64,000 nt of DNA from Opitutales bacterium (GTDB lineage: Bacteria; Verrucomicrobiota; Verrucomicrobiia; Opitutales; JAVBMG01). This document shows, piece after piece, positions 30,859-40,411 of the stretch. The DNA lies in contig JAVBMG010000008.1 in assembly GCA_031552815.1 (NCBI GenBank), positions 54,666 through 118,665 on the forward strand, read 5' to 3'. Below the pieces are notes generated by a model that worked only from the letters and a program-made list of their open reading frames with translations, did no database searches and was not told the DNA's origin. How positions within the stretch are numbered: position 1 is the first letter of the stretch; each line of letters opens with the position of its first letter. Made by a program: the position numbers and the translations under genes.

Positions 30859-30942
30859 TAAAAGCAATAAACGGGAAACTGAGACCGCTGCTTTCCGTTT
30901 TCTGTTGATGAAGCGGTAAAAATAACTTCAGTACGTACTTCG

Positions 30943-32211
30943 ATGGATAAACCCAGAACGTGTTCATTTTGTAATCGCGACGAAAGCAAGGTCGGGCATC
31001 TTGTCATGGCAGAGTCAGGTGTGACTATCTGTCGGGAATGCGCAATGCTGTGCTATCAGGCATTTGAACGTGAGAGACAGGCCCGGGTTGCCGCCGCTGA
31101 GAAAACAAAGACAAAGCAAAAAGCGCTTTTCAATCTTGCAAAACCTGCGGAAATCCGGGCAGAGCTTGATAAATATGTAGTCGGGCAAGAACATGCAAAG
31201 AAGGTATTGTCTGTTGCGGTTTATAATCACTATAAGCGTCTCGCGCTGGAAAGCGGTAACATGGACCAATCGCTTTACAAGGAATTCTCGGATGTCCATG
31301 TTGAAAAAAGCAATGTCCTGCTGATTGGGCCTACCGGGACCGGAAAAACACTGCTTGCCCGTACGATGGCCGAGCAGTTGAAAGTACCTTTTGCAATTGC
31401 TGATGCTACCACGCTGACCGAGGCAGGCTATGTCGGCGAGGATGTGGAGAATATTGTCTTGCGCCTGTTGCAGGCGGCAAATTACGACATTGAGAAAGCA
31501 CAATGCGGCATTATCTATGTGGATGAGGTTGATAAGATTGCGCGGAAGACCGAAAACGTTTCCATCACGCGCGACGTTTCGGGCGAGGGCGTTCAACAGG
31601 CTTTATTAAAGATCCTGGAAGGAACCGTTTGTAATGTTCCTCCTCAAGGCGGGCGCAAGCATCCGCAGCAAGAGTACATAAAGGTAGATACCTCCAATAT
31701 CCTTTTCATTTGCGTCGGAGCCTTTGTCGGTTTGGACCGAATTATTGAGCGCCGGATCGGGAAAAATACCTTGGGTTTTGAGACTGCGAAAGCATCAGGC
31801 GTTATCAACCCGAGCGAGTATATCGTGAAATATGTGCAGCCAGGGGATTTGGCTCGTTTTGGAATGATACCTGAATTCATCGGGCGTTTGCCTGTAATCT
31901 CCGTGCTGAATGAACTGACCTTGCCGGAACTTGAACATATTTTGTGCAATACAAAGAATGCGTTGCTCAAGCAATACGGAAAGCTGGTTGCAATGGAAGG
32001 GGCAACGCTGACTTTTGAACCCCAAGCGATTACCGCCATTGCCCAGAAAGCGCAGGAAATGAAAACAGGAGCACGCGCGCTGCGTTCCATCGTTGAAGCG
32101 TTGATGCTTGATGTGATGTATGAGTTGCCGCACGACGGTAGCATTGAAGAAGTCATCATCACTCCGGAATTCGTGGAAGGAAAAGCAAAAGCAAATATTG
32201 TCCGCAAGTAA
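30943..32211 (+). CDS. clpX: ATP-dependent Clp protease ATP-binding subunit ClpX
   Basis: N-terminal zinc finger CSFCNR...CRECA, Walker A GPTGTGKT, Walker [10 protein letters not shown], and the GYVGEDVE pore-loop region. Confidence 0.95.
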   Translation: MDKPRTCSFCNRDESKVGHLVMAESGVTICRECAMLCYQAFERERQARVAAAEKTKTKQKALFNLAKPAEIRAELDKYVVGQEHAKKVLSVAVYNHYKRLALESGNMDQSLYKEFSDVHVEKSNVLLIGPTGTGKTLLARTMAEQLKVPFAIADATTLTEAGYVGEDVENIVLRLLQAANYDIEKAQCGIIYVDEVDKIARKTENVSITRDVSGEGVQQALLKILEGTVCNVPPQGGRKHPQQEYIKVDTSNILFICVGAFVGLDRIIERRIGKNTLGFETAKASGVINPSEYIVKYVQPGDLARFGMIPEFIGRLPVISVLNELTLPELEHILCNTKNALLKQYGKLVAMEGATLTFEPQAITAIAQKAQEMKTGARALRSIVEALMLDVMYELPHDGSIEEVIITPEFVEGKAKANIVRK

Positions 32212-32220
32212 GAATGATTG

Positions 32221-32913
32221 ATGAAAGCGGTTGCCAAAGCTGATATCCGTCCGAAACGTTCCTGGTGGAAAATCCTTCTTCTGGCAATTTGTGTCTGTGT
32301 TATGATGACGGTCGTTTTTGTCGGTAGTGTGCTTGTGTGTTACCGTTTGGTAGAAAATGACGCCAGACCGTTTATCTACGATGACGTAAATGCTATTCCC
32401 GAAAACAATGTGGGGTTGGTTTTGGGAACCGGAAAGTATTTAAACAACGGCCGTCAGAACTATTATTATAAATACCGTATTGATGCGGCAGAGGCTTTGT
32501 TCAAGGCCGGTAAGATCAGGAAAATTCTTCTGAGCGGCGATAACCATTCACATGGGTATAATGAACCCGAAGATATGCGCGCGGATTTGCTGGCGCGCGG
32601 AATACCGGATGATGCCATTGTCCTGGATTATGCGGGATTCCGTACGCTGGATTCTGTTGTCCGCAGCAAGGAGATTTTCGGGCAGAAAAAAATAACAATC
32701 ATTTCGCAGGAGTTCCATAATGCCCGTGCCGTTTATTTGGCCCATACGCATGGAATAGAAGCGGTAGCTTATAACGCAAAGGATGTTTCTGCGAGAAAGT
32801 GGCGTTGGAGGAATCTCGGGCGTGAAGGGTTGGCGCGCGTAAAAATGTTTTTGGATTTACTTGTCGGTAAGCAGCCAAAATTCCTGGGTGAGGAAGAGCC
32901 GATAGAAGAATGA
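32221..32913 (+). CDS. sanA: SanA/YdcF-family (DUF218) envelope protein
   Basis: N-terminal TM, then LSGDNHSHGYNEPEDMRADL and VLDYAGFRTLDSVVRSKEIF, which are colinear with E. coli SanA as I recall it. Confidence 0.8.
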   Translation: MKAVAKADIRPKRSWWKILLLAICVCVMMTVVFVGSVLVCYRLVENDARPFIYDDVNAIPENNVGLVLGTGKYLNNGRQNYYYKYRIDAAEALFKAGKIRKILLSGDNHSHGYNEPEDMRADLLARGIPDDAIVLDYAGFRTLDSVVRSKEIFGQKKITIISQEFHNARAVYLAHTHGIEAVAYNAKDVSARKWRWRNLGREGLARVKMFLDLLVGKQPKFLGEEEPIEE

Positions 32914-32962
32914 TTTTTGGGTTGCCGGTAAACAGGTTTAATTGATCTGATGGGCTGCAAAT

Positions 32963-32996
32963 AAAAAATCCACGGCAGTGTTACCGTGGATTCTTT
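32963..32996. terminator. hairpin terminator between convergent sanA and 33013..33822
   Basis: AATCCACGG-(8 nt)-CCGTGGATT. An A-run lies 5' on the plus strand, which is a T-run after the hairpin on the minus strand. Confidence 0.6.
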
Positions 32997-33012
32997 GTTA
33001 AAGTACTCTTTT

Positions 33013-33822
33013 TCAGTTAAAAAGATTTTTAATGCTGTCTCCTGCATTCTTTCCTGCATCCTTAAGGTTTTGACCCGCATCTTTGATCGCTTCGCCCGCT
33101 GCCTTTCCTGCATCCTTGATTGCCTTGGTTGTGGCGCTTGCGGCTCCCGATATGATTTGCTTGGTGACTTCACTCGTTATTTTAAGTCCAAGTTGTTTGC
33201 CTGTAAGTCCGCCTTCGGCAACACCGAGGTCCTTCAATGTAAAGGATGGAAGAGGAATCGTGACCGGATTTGCGCCATAAGCGATGGTGACCGTGCTTTC
33301 CGCAAAGGTGAACTCCTTGAGTATGAATTTCTTCTCAGGACCTTCTTCGGTTTTTGGTTCATCGGGTTTCTTCTCGTCAGGTTTTTTACCGCCTGCTCCC
33401 AAGGCAGCTTCGGCATTTTTTTGAATGGCGGCAATATTGCTGTCTGTAAGGGTCCCTGATTTTATCTCATAAGTGACTTTCGGAGCGATGACACTGATTT
33501 TATTGATGACAATGGCATCGTTCGATCCTTGCACTGATTTAATGACACTGTTTGTGTCCACTTCGAATTCCACTTCGCCGAGTTCGAAAGAGGTTGGTTG
33601 TTGAAATCCTGCGGGATTGCCGAGTTTGAAATTCTTCAAACCGAATACGCCGGAGTGAGGGACAATGACAACGGAATCAACGCCAACCGTTGTCTTTGTT
33701 ATATTGGGGACAACTTTTTCCACAGACGTCTTCACAAGGTTTCCTGCGAAGAAATAAGCACCTGCCAATAAGAGAACGACAAGTACAAGTAATCCCAATA
33801 CGATTTTTAAAAGAGTTTTCAT
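33013..33822 (-). CDS. membrane-anchored hypothetical protein (AsmA-N-like start, C-terminal KDAG repeats)
   Basis: N-terminal TM (IVLGLLVLVVLLLAGAYFF), and a C-terminal low-complexity repeat AIKDAGKAAGEAIKDAGQNLKDAGKNAG. The family assignment is tentative. Confidence 0.5.
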   Translation of the reverse strand: MKTLLKIVLGLLVLVVLLLAGAYFFAGNLVKTSVEKVVPNITKTTVGVDSVVIVPHSGVFGLKNFKLGNPAGFQQPTSFELGEVEFEVDTNSVIKSVQGSNDAIVINKISVIAPKVTYEIKSGTLTDSNIAAIQKNAEAALGAGGKKPDEKKPDEPKTEEGPEKKFILKEFTFAESTVTIAYGANPVTIPLPSFTLKDLGVAEGGLTGKQLGLKITSEVTKQIISGAASATTKAIKDAGKAAGEAIKDAGQNLKDAGKNAGDSIKNLFN

Positions 33823-33948
33823 GTGAGAATATTGTTAGAATAAGATGAATGATAGCATTTCTGTTTACGGATAAAATATAAAAATATCATGGGTGAATTC
33901 AAATTTCCGGATGGTTTTACTTCATTACAGGTTTTCTTGTCCGAATTT

Positions 33949-36060
33949 TTAAACCGATTTTTCGAGCGCGTTAAGAACGCGTTCCGCAATAAAGAATATG
34001 CGTTCAAGCATCCGGTAGTAGAGGAATCGGACTTGACCGATTGCCACCGAAACCTGGTCGGCCGGATGAGTGGATGGGGTTGCGTCCTTTATATAGTCTG
34101 CCACCGTTATGTTTCCTTGGGCATGTTCGAACGGATAAGGAAATTGGGCTGCTGCAAGGGTTTTTCTGTAAACGGCACTCAGCTCTGAGATAGTCTTTGT
34201 GACGGAAGCATGAAAATCCTTGTGCTCCTGAAGCTCTTTCTGATGGTTTGTGATGTAACCGGAAGAAATGTCCAGGGTAATGAGTTCCTTGATGTTGGGA
34301 AAAACATTCATGAAATCCTGATATGATTTCAGAAGACGGATAAGTTCTTCCGCTTCGTCGGGTTGTTCCATATGAGACTTTACCGTGGGACTTTCTGCGG
34401 CATGGAGTGCTGCGTTGATCCATGCTACCGCGTGTCTGTCCCGATCCTGATCCGTCCTGATCGTCTCTTCCAGTTCCTTTTGGATTTTTACCAGAGTGTC
34501 CTGCGCTTGTTTTAATTCTTCCGCTTCAATCTCCAGTCCGTAGGGGGATACGTCAAATCCTGTATTTGCCAGTTGTATTGCCGCCTGAAGGTTTATTTCC
34601 TTTTGCCAGAGTTTCTGGTTCTCATCCAGGAGCGTATTAAGCTTTTCCGTGTTTTCGTCCAGCCATGTACGGTTTTCTTTTGCGGATGCGAGCAGGTGTT
34701 TGAGATCGGTATCCGATTCTGATTCAAGTGGCAGCATCAACGGGTATTGGAAAAGCACATAGCCTCCGGCCAATCGCACAAGTGCCTTTTCGGCGGCTTC
34801 TTCCTGATGGAGCGTTTTCAGAATTTCCTGAGTGGGAACGCATTTGATTTTTCCTAAATCAATTTGCTGCTCGGATTGATAATAATGTTTTGTGATATCC
34901 CTGGAAAGTGAAGGGAAATCGGAGAACAGTTCTTCTGCGGGTTTAGAAACATGAAAAATGCCGGTAGCATGCAGCTCGGCAGCGTGCCGAATACGGTCAC
35001 GGGTACAGGGGTGCGTATCGTAACGGCCTGTTTTTTCTCCGGCTATGTATTCTTCCACGCGCTTGACGAATTCATCGCTTTGCCGGAGACGGTAGTCTTT
35101 GACCAATAACACATAATTGTCTACGAGCTTATGGTCTTGGTAAAGGCGGCGGCATGCCTCGAAAGCTTCGCTGTTTGCACCCGAAAGGTACATGAGTTCA
35201 CGGCTTGTCTGGGCAAATGACTCGGAACCTCCGAGCTGCGTCTCATAATAATCGGCATCAAATTCCATTTGTCTTGCCTGATAGCAACTGATAATGTGAC
35301 CGAGCAGCATGAGTCCATGGAGGATTTTTCTGGTGACCCAGATGAAGAATTGCATGAACCATTTAAAAAGTGTCCATCGGAAGTCATTGACGTGTTTATC
35401 CATGTTGTCGAGCCATACGTCGAGGATATCCCGGTCGAAAACCACGCGCGAAAACCAGTGGTTTATGCTACGGATGATATAGGTGCAGGCCATGCTGGCG
35501 CGCTGCGCAAAGTGACCAAACTCATGGGCAATGACTCCTCCGAGTTGTGTCATCGTTAATCCGGTAGCGAGCGGCAGTCCGATAGTAAGCACCAAATCTT
35601 TTTTCATAATACTAAGCATGCCGCTCCGGAAGCCGGCGGAGGCATTGACGAGGTTGTCAACACGGACTTCCGCGGGAAACGCGACACCGACCTGTGTACA
35701 TATCTCCTGGATAAAGGTTTTCAGTTGGGGTTCTTTTTCCATATCAAGGGTAATCGGCCTTACGCCCTTGGGTCTGCGTACAAATATCGGTTTTATCATG
35801 AAGACGACGAAGACAATCCCGATGACGATAAGCACAGGATTAATAGACAGCTTGCGGGCTGAACCGGTCAAATGATACGTATTTTCATAGAGACCCCAGC
35901 GATAAATGAAAAAATAGGCAATGAGGCCGATTATCGCGAAATAGACGAGAGGAAGTAATACCATCCCGAGCGTGGTCAGCAGAAGGCCGGCCCGATAGCC
36001 TTTTGACAATACCGCGGCAGGAATGTTTCCTTTGAAAGATTCCTTAAGGTTTGTTTTCAT
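33949..36060 (-). CDS. membrane-bound M48-family zinc metallopeptidase with a long helical C-terminal extension
   Basis: HEFGH zinc motif (GGVIAHEFGHFAQ) flanked by TM helices, and a downstream Glu ligand region (MEFDAD). The ~350-aa C-terminal extension has no recognisable motif. Confidence 0.75.
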   Translation of the reverse strand: MKTNLKESFKGNIPAAVLSKGYRAGLLLTTLGMVLLPLVYFAIIGLIAYFFIYRWGLYENTYHLTGSARKLSINPVLIVIGIVFVVFMIKPIFVRRPKGVRPITLDMEKEPQLKTFIQEICTQVGVAFPAEVRVDNLVNASAGFRSGMLSIMKKDLVLTIGLPLATGLTMTQLGGVIAHEFGHFAQRASMACTYIIRSINHWFSRVVFDRDILDVWLDNMDKHVNDFRWTLFKWFMQFFIWVTRKILHGLMLLGHIISCYQARQMEFDADYYETQLGGSESFAQTSRELMYLSGANSEAFEACRRLYQDHKLVDNYVLLVKDYRLRQSDEFVKRVEEYIAGEKTGRYDTHPCTRDRIRHAAELHATGIFHVSKPAEELFSDFPSLSRDITKHYYQSEQQIDLGKIKCVPTQEILKTLHQEEAAEKALVRLAGGYVLFQYPLMLPLESESDTDLKHLLASAKENRTWLDENTEKLNTLLDENQKLWQKEINLQAAIQLANTGFDVSPYGLEIEAEELKQAQDTLVKIQKELEETIRTDQDRDRHAVAWINAALHAAESPTVKSHMEQPDEAEELIRLLKSYQDFMNVFPNIKELITLDISSGYITNHQKELQEHKDFHASVTKTISELSAVYRKTLAAAQFPYPFEHAQGNITVADYIKDATPSTHPADQVSVAIGQVRFLYYRMLERIFFIAERVLNALEKSV

Positions 36061-36073
36061 AGCATTGAGCGGT

Positions 36074-36589
36074 TTATGTTTTCGAAAGTTGGTTTTTGAT
36101 TCGTTTTATGATTTCCAGACAACCGTCTTCAAGAATGTCCAGAACATGATCAAATCCGGAAAGACCGCCGTAATAAGGGTCGGGAACGAACTTGTCCTTA
36201 TGTACCGTGCAAAAGCTGCAGAAAGTCATGATTTTCTTGCGGTATTTTCCTGTCACATCCAATTGGATAACATCAAGAAAATTAGAATCGTCCATCGTGA
36301 TTATCCAGTCGAAATGCTCAAGATCCTGCAAAGAAATCTGCCGGGCTTTTGAGAGTAACTTGATTTGCCGTTTTTCGGCTGCACTTCGCATCCGTTGGTC
36401 CGGTGGGTTTCCTATGTGATAACCTGCTGTTCCTGCGGATTGGCAGATTATAAGATGATCAAGTTGTTCCTTGGCAAGAAAATGGTTGAATATGCCTTCC
36501 GCGGCGGGGGAGCGGCAAATGTTACCAAGACATACGAAAAGCACTCTGAAGGGTTTATTTCGTTTTCTTATGGATTTGGAGTTGGGCAT
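36074..36589 (-). CDS. low-molecular-weight protein-tyrosine phosphatase
   Basis: P-loop VLFVCLGNICRSP (C-x5-R-S) and a DPYY general-acid loop. I chose the ATG at 36589 to avoid overlap with yhbY. Confidence 0.85.
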   Translation of the reverse strand: MPNSKSIRKRNKPFRVLFVCLGNICRSPAAEGIFNHFLAKEQLDHLIICQSAGTAGYHIGNPPDQRMRSAAEKRQIKLLSKARQISLQDLEHFDWIITMDDSNFLDVIQLDVTGKYRKKIMTFCSFCTVHKDKFVPDPYYGGLSGFDHVLDILEDGCLEIIKRIKNQLSKT

Positions 36590-36597
36590 AGATTTAT

Positions 36598-36870
36598 TCA
36601 ATTTGGTTTTGGGCGATAAAAGGAAGCTGTTTTCCCGACTCCTCCGACATGGCAGCTTTCCGTCTTTTCGGCGAGTTCGGTACATTGGGACTGAATGGTT
36701 TCACGTTCTGCGGAAAACTTTACCTTGACCAGTTCATCCTTTTTTAAAAGACGTTCCATTTCCTGAACGATATTTTCGGTGATGCCGTTGCTTCCAACGT
36801 GAATACCCGGCTTGATTGTTTGTGCTAATCCTCGTAGGGCTTTCTTTTCTGCAGAATTAAGTTCCAACAT
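36598..36870 (-). CDS. yhbY: ribosome-assembly RNA-binding protein YhbY (CRM domain)
   Basis: 90 aa, with LRGLAQTIKPGIHVGSNGITENI...ELVKVKF matching the YhbY/CRS1 pattern. Confidence 0.8.
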   Translation of the reverse strand: MLELNSAEKKALRGLAQTIKPGIHVGSNGITENIVQEMERLLKKDELVKVKFSAERETIQSQCTELAEKTESCHVGGVGKTASFYRPKPN

Positions 36871-36962
36871 GATGATCTAGAATATTTTATTTTTGTGAGG
36901 AATCAATGTAACAAAAACAGTAAGCGAAAGCCAGTTGTTCCTCAAAATTAAAAATGATTGAA

Positions 36963-37907
36963 TCAAAACAGATAGGCAAATTTTACCCAGACAATGTCGC
37001 CCTCAATGGTATTGGAAGAATCAATCTGTCTCAGGTATTTGATTTCCATGGATAGTGCTGAATCCTTTGTAAAGTGCGATAGATTGATGAAGGGACCAAC
37101 CGCCGTTGTCCGTTGATGGAAATCCCCAAGAACGGCGCCATCGCCGCTGTCATCGGATATCTGCTGGATCCATGAAACAGCCGCACCGATTCCCCACATG
37201 GTTTGTGCTCCGTACATCCATTCTTTGAAGACGCTTGCGTCAGTATGGAAAAGTCTTCCGCTTTGGTAATCCATGTCCGTGTTTTCCGTATTGAAATCCA
37301 ATGCCGCAAAAACAGTGGCTCCGATCAGTGTTTCGGGATGCAGATAAGTGATGCCTGCAGTCGGTTCAAAGGTCCAATAGTTCATCCCAAGATTTGCGAT
37401 ATCGGATTTTGAATAGGAACCTGTGGGCGTGTATATGGGGAACAGGAAAAAGTATTGGGTATTTCCAGCTGTCCAGTTAAGAATAACCGGTGCAAATGCA
37501 ATGTCTCCGATTCCTGTGGCAGTGTCTTTTTTCGAGCGGGTGATAGGGCCTATCTGTAATTTGCCTTTTACCTGAATGTCAGAAAAGGGTACAAAAACCC
37601 CGGCGGAGTAATGGGCGCCAAGGATGGTTGGTTCAATAGTATAGACAGCGATGGCGACAGCGGAGTTGGCAATAACATCCACTCCGCCAACAAGATTTCG
37701 TCCGATACTTATCTGATCGCCGTTTGTCATACTGCCGTTGAAAAGATTATACTGGAGTTCCAGTGCCAGTCCCGGCTTATTTGGCGGCGTGTCGATTAAC
37801 GTTCCGAGAGCACCCGGAATATAATGACCCATGCCGCTTTCAGTAGCATGGGTGCTCAGGTTTGTAAGGGGAAGGATAGCGAGACCCAACAAGATTGATT
37901 TTTTCAT
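36963..37907 (-). CDS. outer-membrane channel of the MetA-pathway-of-phenol-degradation-like (transporter) family
   Basis: Signal peptide, then SGMGHYIPGALGTLID, the typical N-terminal motif of that family. Beta-barrel strand periodicity, ending in an aromatic residue (YLF). Confidence 0.7.
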   Translation of the reverse strand: MKKSILLGLAILPLTNLSTHATESGMGHYIPGALGTLIDTPPNKPGLALELQYNLFNGSMTNGDQISIGRNLVGGVDVIANSAVAIAVYTIEPTILGAHYSAGVFVPFSDIQVKGKLQIGPITRSKKDTATGIGDIAFAPVILNWTAGNTQYFFLFPIYTPTGSYSKSDIANLGMNYWTFEPTAGITYLHPETLIGATVFAALDFNTENTDMDYQSGRLFHTDASVFKEWMYGAQTMWGIGAAVSWIQQISDDSGDGAVLGDFHQRTTAVGPFINLSHFTKDSALSMEIKYLRQIDSSNTIEGDIVWVKFAYLF

Positions 37908-37943
37908 ATAGTATCGATTCTGATTTACTAAATAGATAAGTAT

Positions 37944-37986
37944 AAAAAAACAGTTGAATTTCTCAAATCGAAATTCAACTGTTTTG
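37944..37986 (-). terminator. rho-independent terminator of the sufCB operon
   Basis: A perfect 13-bp stem ACAGTTGAATTTC-(7 nt)-GAAATTCAACTGT. On the minus strand it is followed by TTTTTTTATA, 22 nt after the sufB stop. Confidence 0.8.
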
Positions 37987-38007
37987 CTATTTCAAAGAAA
38001 ATACCGT

Positions 38008-39432
38008 CTAGCCGACGCTGCCTTCCATCTGAAGTTCAATAAGCCGTTTGAGTTCGACACTGTATTCCATCGGGAATTCCTTGATCAGGTCGTTAACGAA
38101 TCCGTTTACTGCCAGGCTCATGGCTTCTGCTTCCGATAATCCGCGTTGTTGCATGTAAAATATCTGCTCTGCACTGATTTTTGAAACGGAAGCTTCATGT
38201 TGCACGGCATTCTGGTTGCCATCGACGGAGATTGCAGGATAGGTGTCGGTACGGCTGTTCGTATTGATAAGCAATGCGTCACATTCCGTATTGTTTTTGC
38301 ATCCTTTGAGTCCGCGCGGGATTTCGACACGGCCACGGTAGCTTGCACGGCCTTGACCGATGGAAATGGATTTTGAAATGATATTGGAAGAGGTGTCATT
38401 GGCCCGGTGGATCATCTTTGCCCCCGTATCCTGGTGTTGTCCGTCACCGGCCAGGGCAATGGACAATACTTCGCCGCGGGCCTTGCGTCCATTTAGAACG
38501 ACTGCCGGATACTTCATTGTCAGTTTTGAACCGATATTACAGTCAATCCAGCGGATTTCAGCTTCTTCCTCAGCCCAACCGCGTTTTGTCACGAGGTTAA
38601 AAACGTTATTCGACCAGTTCTGGACTGTGATGTACTGGACTTTGGCTCCTTTAAGGGCGACCAGTTCAACCACCGCACAGTGAAGCGTGGAGGTTTCAAA
38701 TTTCGGGGCGGTACAGCCTTCCATGTAAGTGACTTCAGCACCTTCGTCAGCGATAATCAGTGTTCGTTCAAACTGTCCGAAGCTTTCCGCATTAATCCGG
38801 AAGTAGGCTTGGAGCGGTTGGGCTACTTTTACGCCTTTGGGAACATAAATGAAGCTCCCGCCGGAAAATACGGCGCTGTTCAGGGCGGCGAATTTATTGT
38901 CATTGACCGGAATGACTTTGCTGAACCATTTCTCGAAAATTTCCCTGTGTTCGCGTAGTCCTTCCGTGGGTCCTACAAAGATAACGCCTTGTTTGCGAAG
39001 CTCTTCCTTCATGTTCGAATAGGCTGCTTCGCTGTCAAATTGCGCTTCCACGCCTGCCAGGAACTTACGTTCCTGTTCAGGTATTCCGAGCCGTTCAAAA
39101 GTTTCCTTCACTTCGGAAGGGACATCTTCCCAGGAGCGGGTCGGACGTTGTCCTTTTGCAAGGTAATAATGTATTTTATCGAATTCTATGGTTTCAAGCT
39201 CCTTGCTCGCCCAATGGGTCGGAAGCGGCTTCTGCTCGAATACTTTTAGCGCACGCAGGCGGAAATCGCGCACCCAATCGCTTTCACCCTTCGCCTTGAC
39301 CATGTAATCAATGGTTTCAGGGGTGAGTCCGATTCCGGCATTATACTCGTAATCGGTCTTATAATGGAAATTGCCGATGTCACGGTCGACATTCAAGGCG
39401 TCGGGCTTTTCCTGATTTTCGTTTTCGTTCAT
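38008..39432 (-). CDS. sufB: Fe-S cluster assembly scaffold SufB
   Basis: 474 aa with [23 protein letters not shown] and the C-terminal beta-helix motifs typical of SufB. It overlaps sufC by 4 nt. Confidence 0.93.
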   Translation of the reverse strand: MNENENQEKPDALNVDRDIGNFHYKTDYEYNAGIGLTPETIDYMVKAKGESDWVRDFRLRALKVFEQKPLPTHWASKELETIEFDKIHYYLAKGQRPTRSWEDVPSEVKETFERLGIPEQERKFLAGVEAQFDSEAAYSNMKEELRKQGVIFVGPTEGLREHREIFEKWFSKVIPVNDNKFAALNSAVFSGGSFIYVPKGVKVAQPLQAYFRINAESFGQFERTLIIADEGAEVTYMEGCTAPKFETSTLHCAVVELVALKGAKVQYITVQNWSNNVFNLVTKRGWAEEEAEIRWIDCNIGSKLTMKYPAVVLNGRKARGEVLSIALAGDGQHQDTGAKMIHRANDTSSNIISKSISIGQGRASYRGRVEIPRGLKGCKNNTECDALLINTNSRTDTYPAISVDGNQNAVQHEASVSKISAEQIFYMQQRGLSEAEAMSLAVNGFVNDLIKEFPMEYSVELKRLIELQMEGSVG

Positions 39433-40187
39433 TTGCTTGCTGCAAAGTTGTTTTTTACCCAGTCGTAACCTTTGGCTTCAAGCTGCTTGGCCAAGTCCTT
39501 GTCACCGGTCATTACGATTTTTCCGTCATACATGATATGCACAACGTCAGGCACGATGTAATCCAGAAGGCGCTGGTAGTGGGTAATGATGCAGAACGAA
39601 CGATCTTTGCTGCGCATTGCATTAACCCCGTGCGCTACGATTTTGAGAGCATCGATGTCCAGTCCTGAGTCTGTTTCGTCCATGATGCAGTAACTGGGGC
39701 TCAGCATGGCCATCTGCAAAATTTCACAGCGTTTCTTTTCTCCTCCGGAAAAGCCTTCATTCACGTAACGGGAGGTGAATTTTCGGTCAATTTTCAGCAG
39801 GTCCATTTTTTCATACAGTTGATTGTAGAAATCACGGGCTGAAAGTTCCTGTCCTTCTTTCATGCGGGCTTTAAGAGCGGCGCGGAGGAAATTCGCAATG
39901 GTAACGCCAGGTATTTCCATCGGGTATTGAAAGGCGAGAAACAAACCTTTTCGGGCGATTTCATCCGGCTCAAGACCGATGATGTTTTCCCCGTCCAGAA
40001 ATGCTTCTCCTGATTCCACCGTATAATCTTCATGTCCGGCCAGGACTTTTGCGAGCGTGCTTTTACCGGTACCGTTAGGTCCCATGATTGCATGAACTTC
40101 TCCCTTGGGCAGGGTCAGTTCAAAATCTTTCAGGATTTGTTTTCCTTCAATGGAAACATTCAGGTTTTTTATGGCTAATTCGCTCAT
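39429..40187 (-). CDS. sufC: Fe-S cluster assembly ATPase SufC
   Basis: Walker [10 protein letters not shown], the SufC-typical [11 protein letters not shown], signature FSGGEKKR and Walker [13 protein letters not shown] at 40187. Confidence 0.93.
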   Translation of the reverse strand: MSELAIKNLNVSIEGKQILKDFELTLPKGEVHAIMGPNGTGKSTLAKVLAGHEDYTVESGEAFLDGENIIGLEPDEIARKGLFLAFQYPMEIPGVTIANFLRAALKARMKEGQELSARDFYNQLYEKMDLLKIDRKFTSRYVNEGFSGGEKKRCEILQMAMLSPSYCIMDETDSGLDIDALKIVAHGVNAMRSKDRSFCIITHYQRLLDYIVPDVVHIMYDGKIVMTGDKDLAKQLEAKGYDWVKNNFAASK

Positions 40188-40411
40188 GAATAACAGGTCA
40201 ATTAATTCTTGTTGAAAACTAATCACAATAAAGAATTCAATATAAAGGTCAACAGGTTGTTACGTTTCTTGAGAAAGAAAATGGAGGTGTTGTCAAAAGA
40301 CGGGATTTGTTCATCAAAATGACTGCATTTCCTTGTGACCGCGGTATAAATCGGCTGTTCTTTTTCCTTCTATACGGTTTCTGTTTGTGTAATGTTAGCT
40401 GCATGCCTGAA

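Noticed and set aside
29162-30867. 268-aa and 281-aa minus-strand ORFs opposite tig and clpP.
   Set aside because: They are antisense to highly conserved tig and clpP, have odd composition (H/R/I/L-rich) and show no start context. They are shadow ORFs.
30859-30942. An imperfect hairpin between clpP and clpX, considered as an attenuator.
   Set aside because: The stem has a bulge and only ~7 paired bases, and there is no U-tract. clpP-clpX are normally co-transcribed. The evidence is insufficient.
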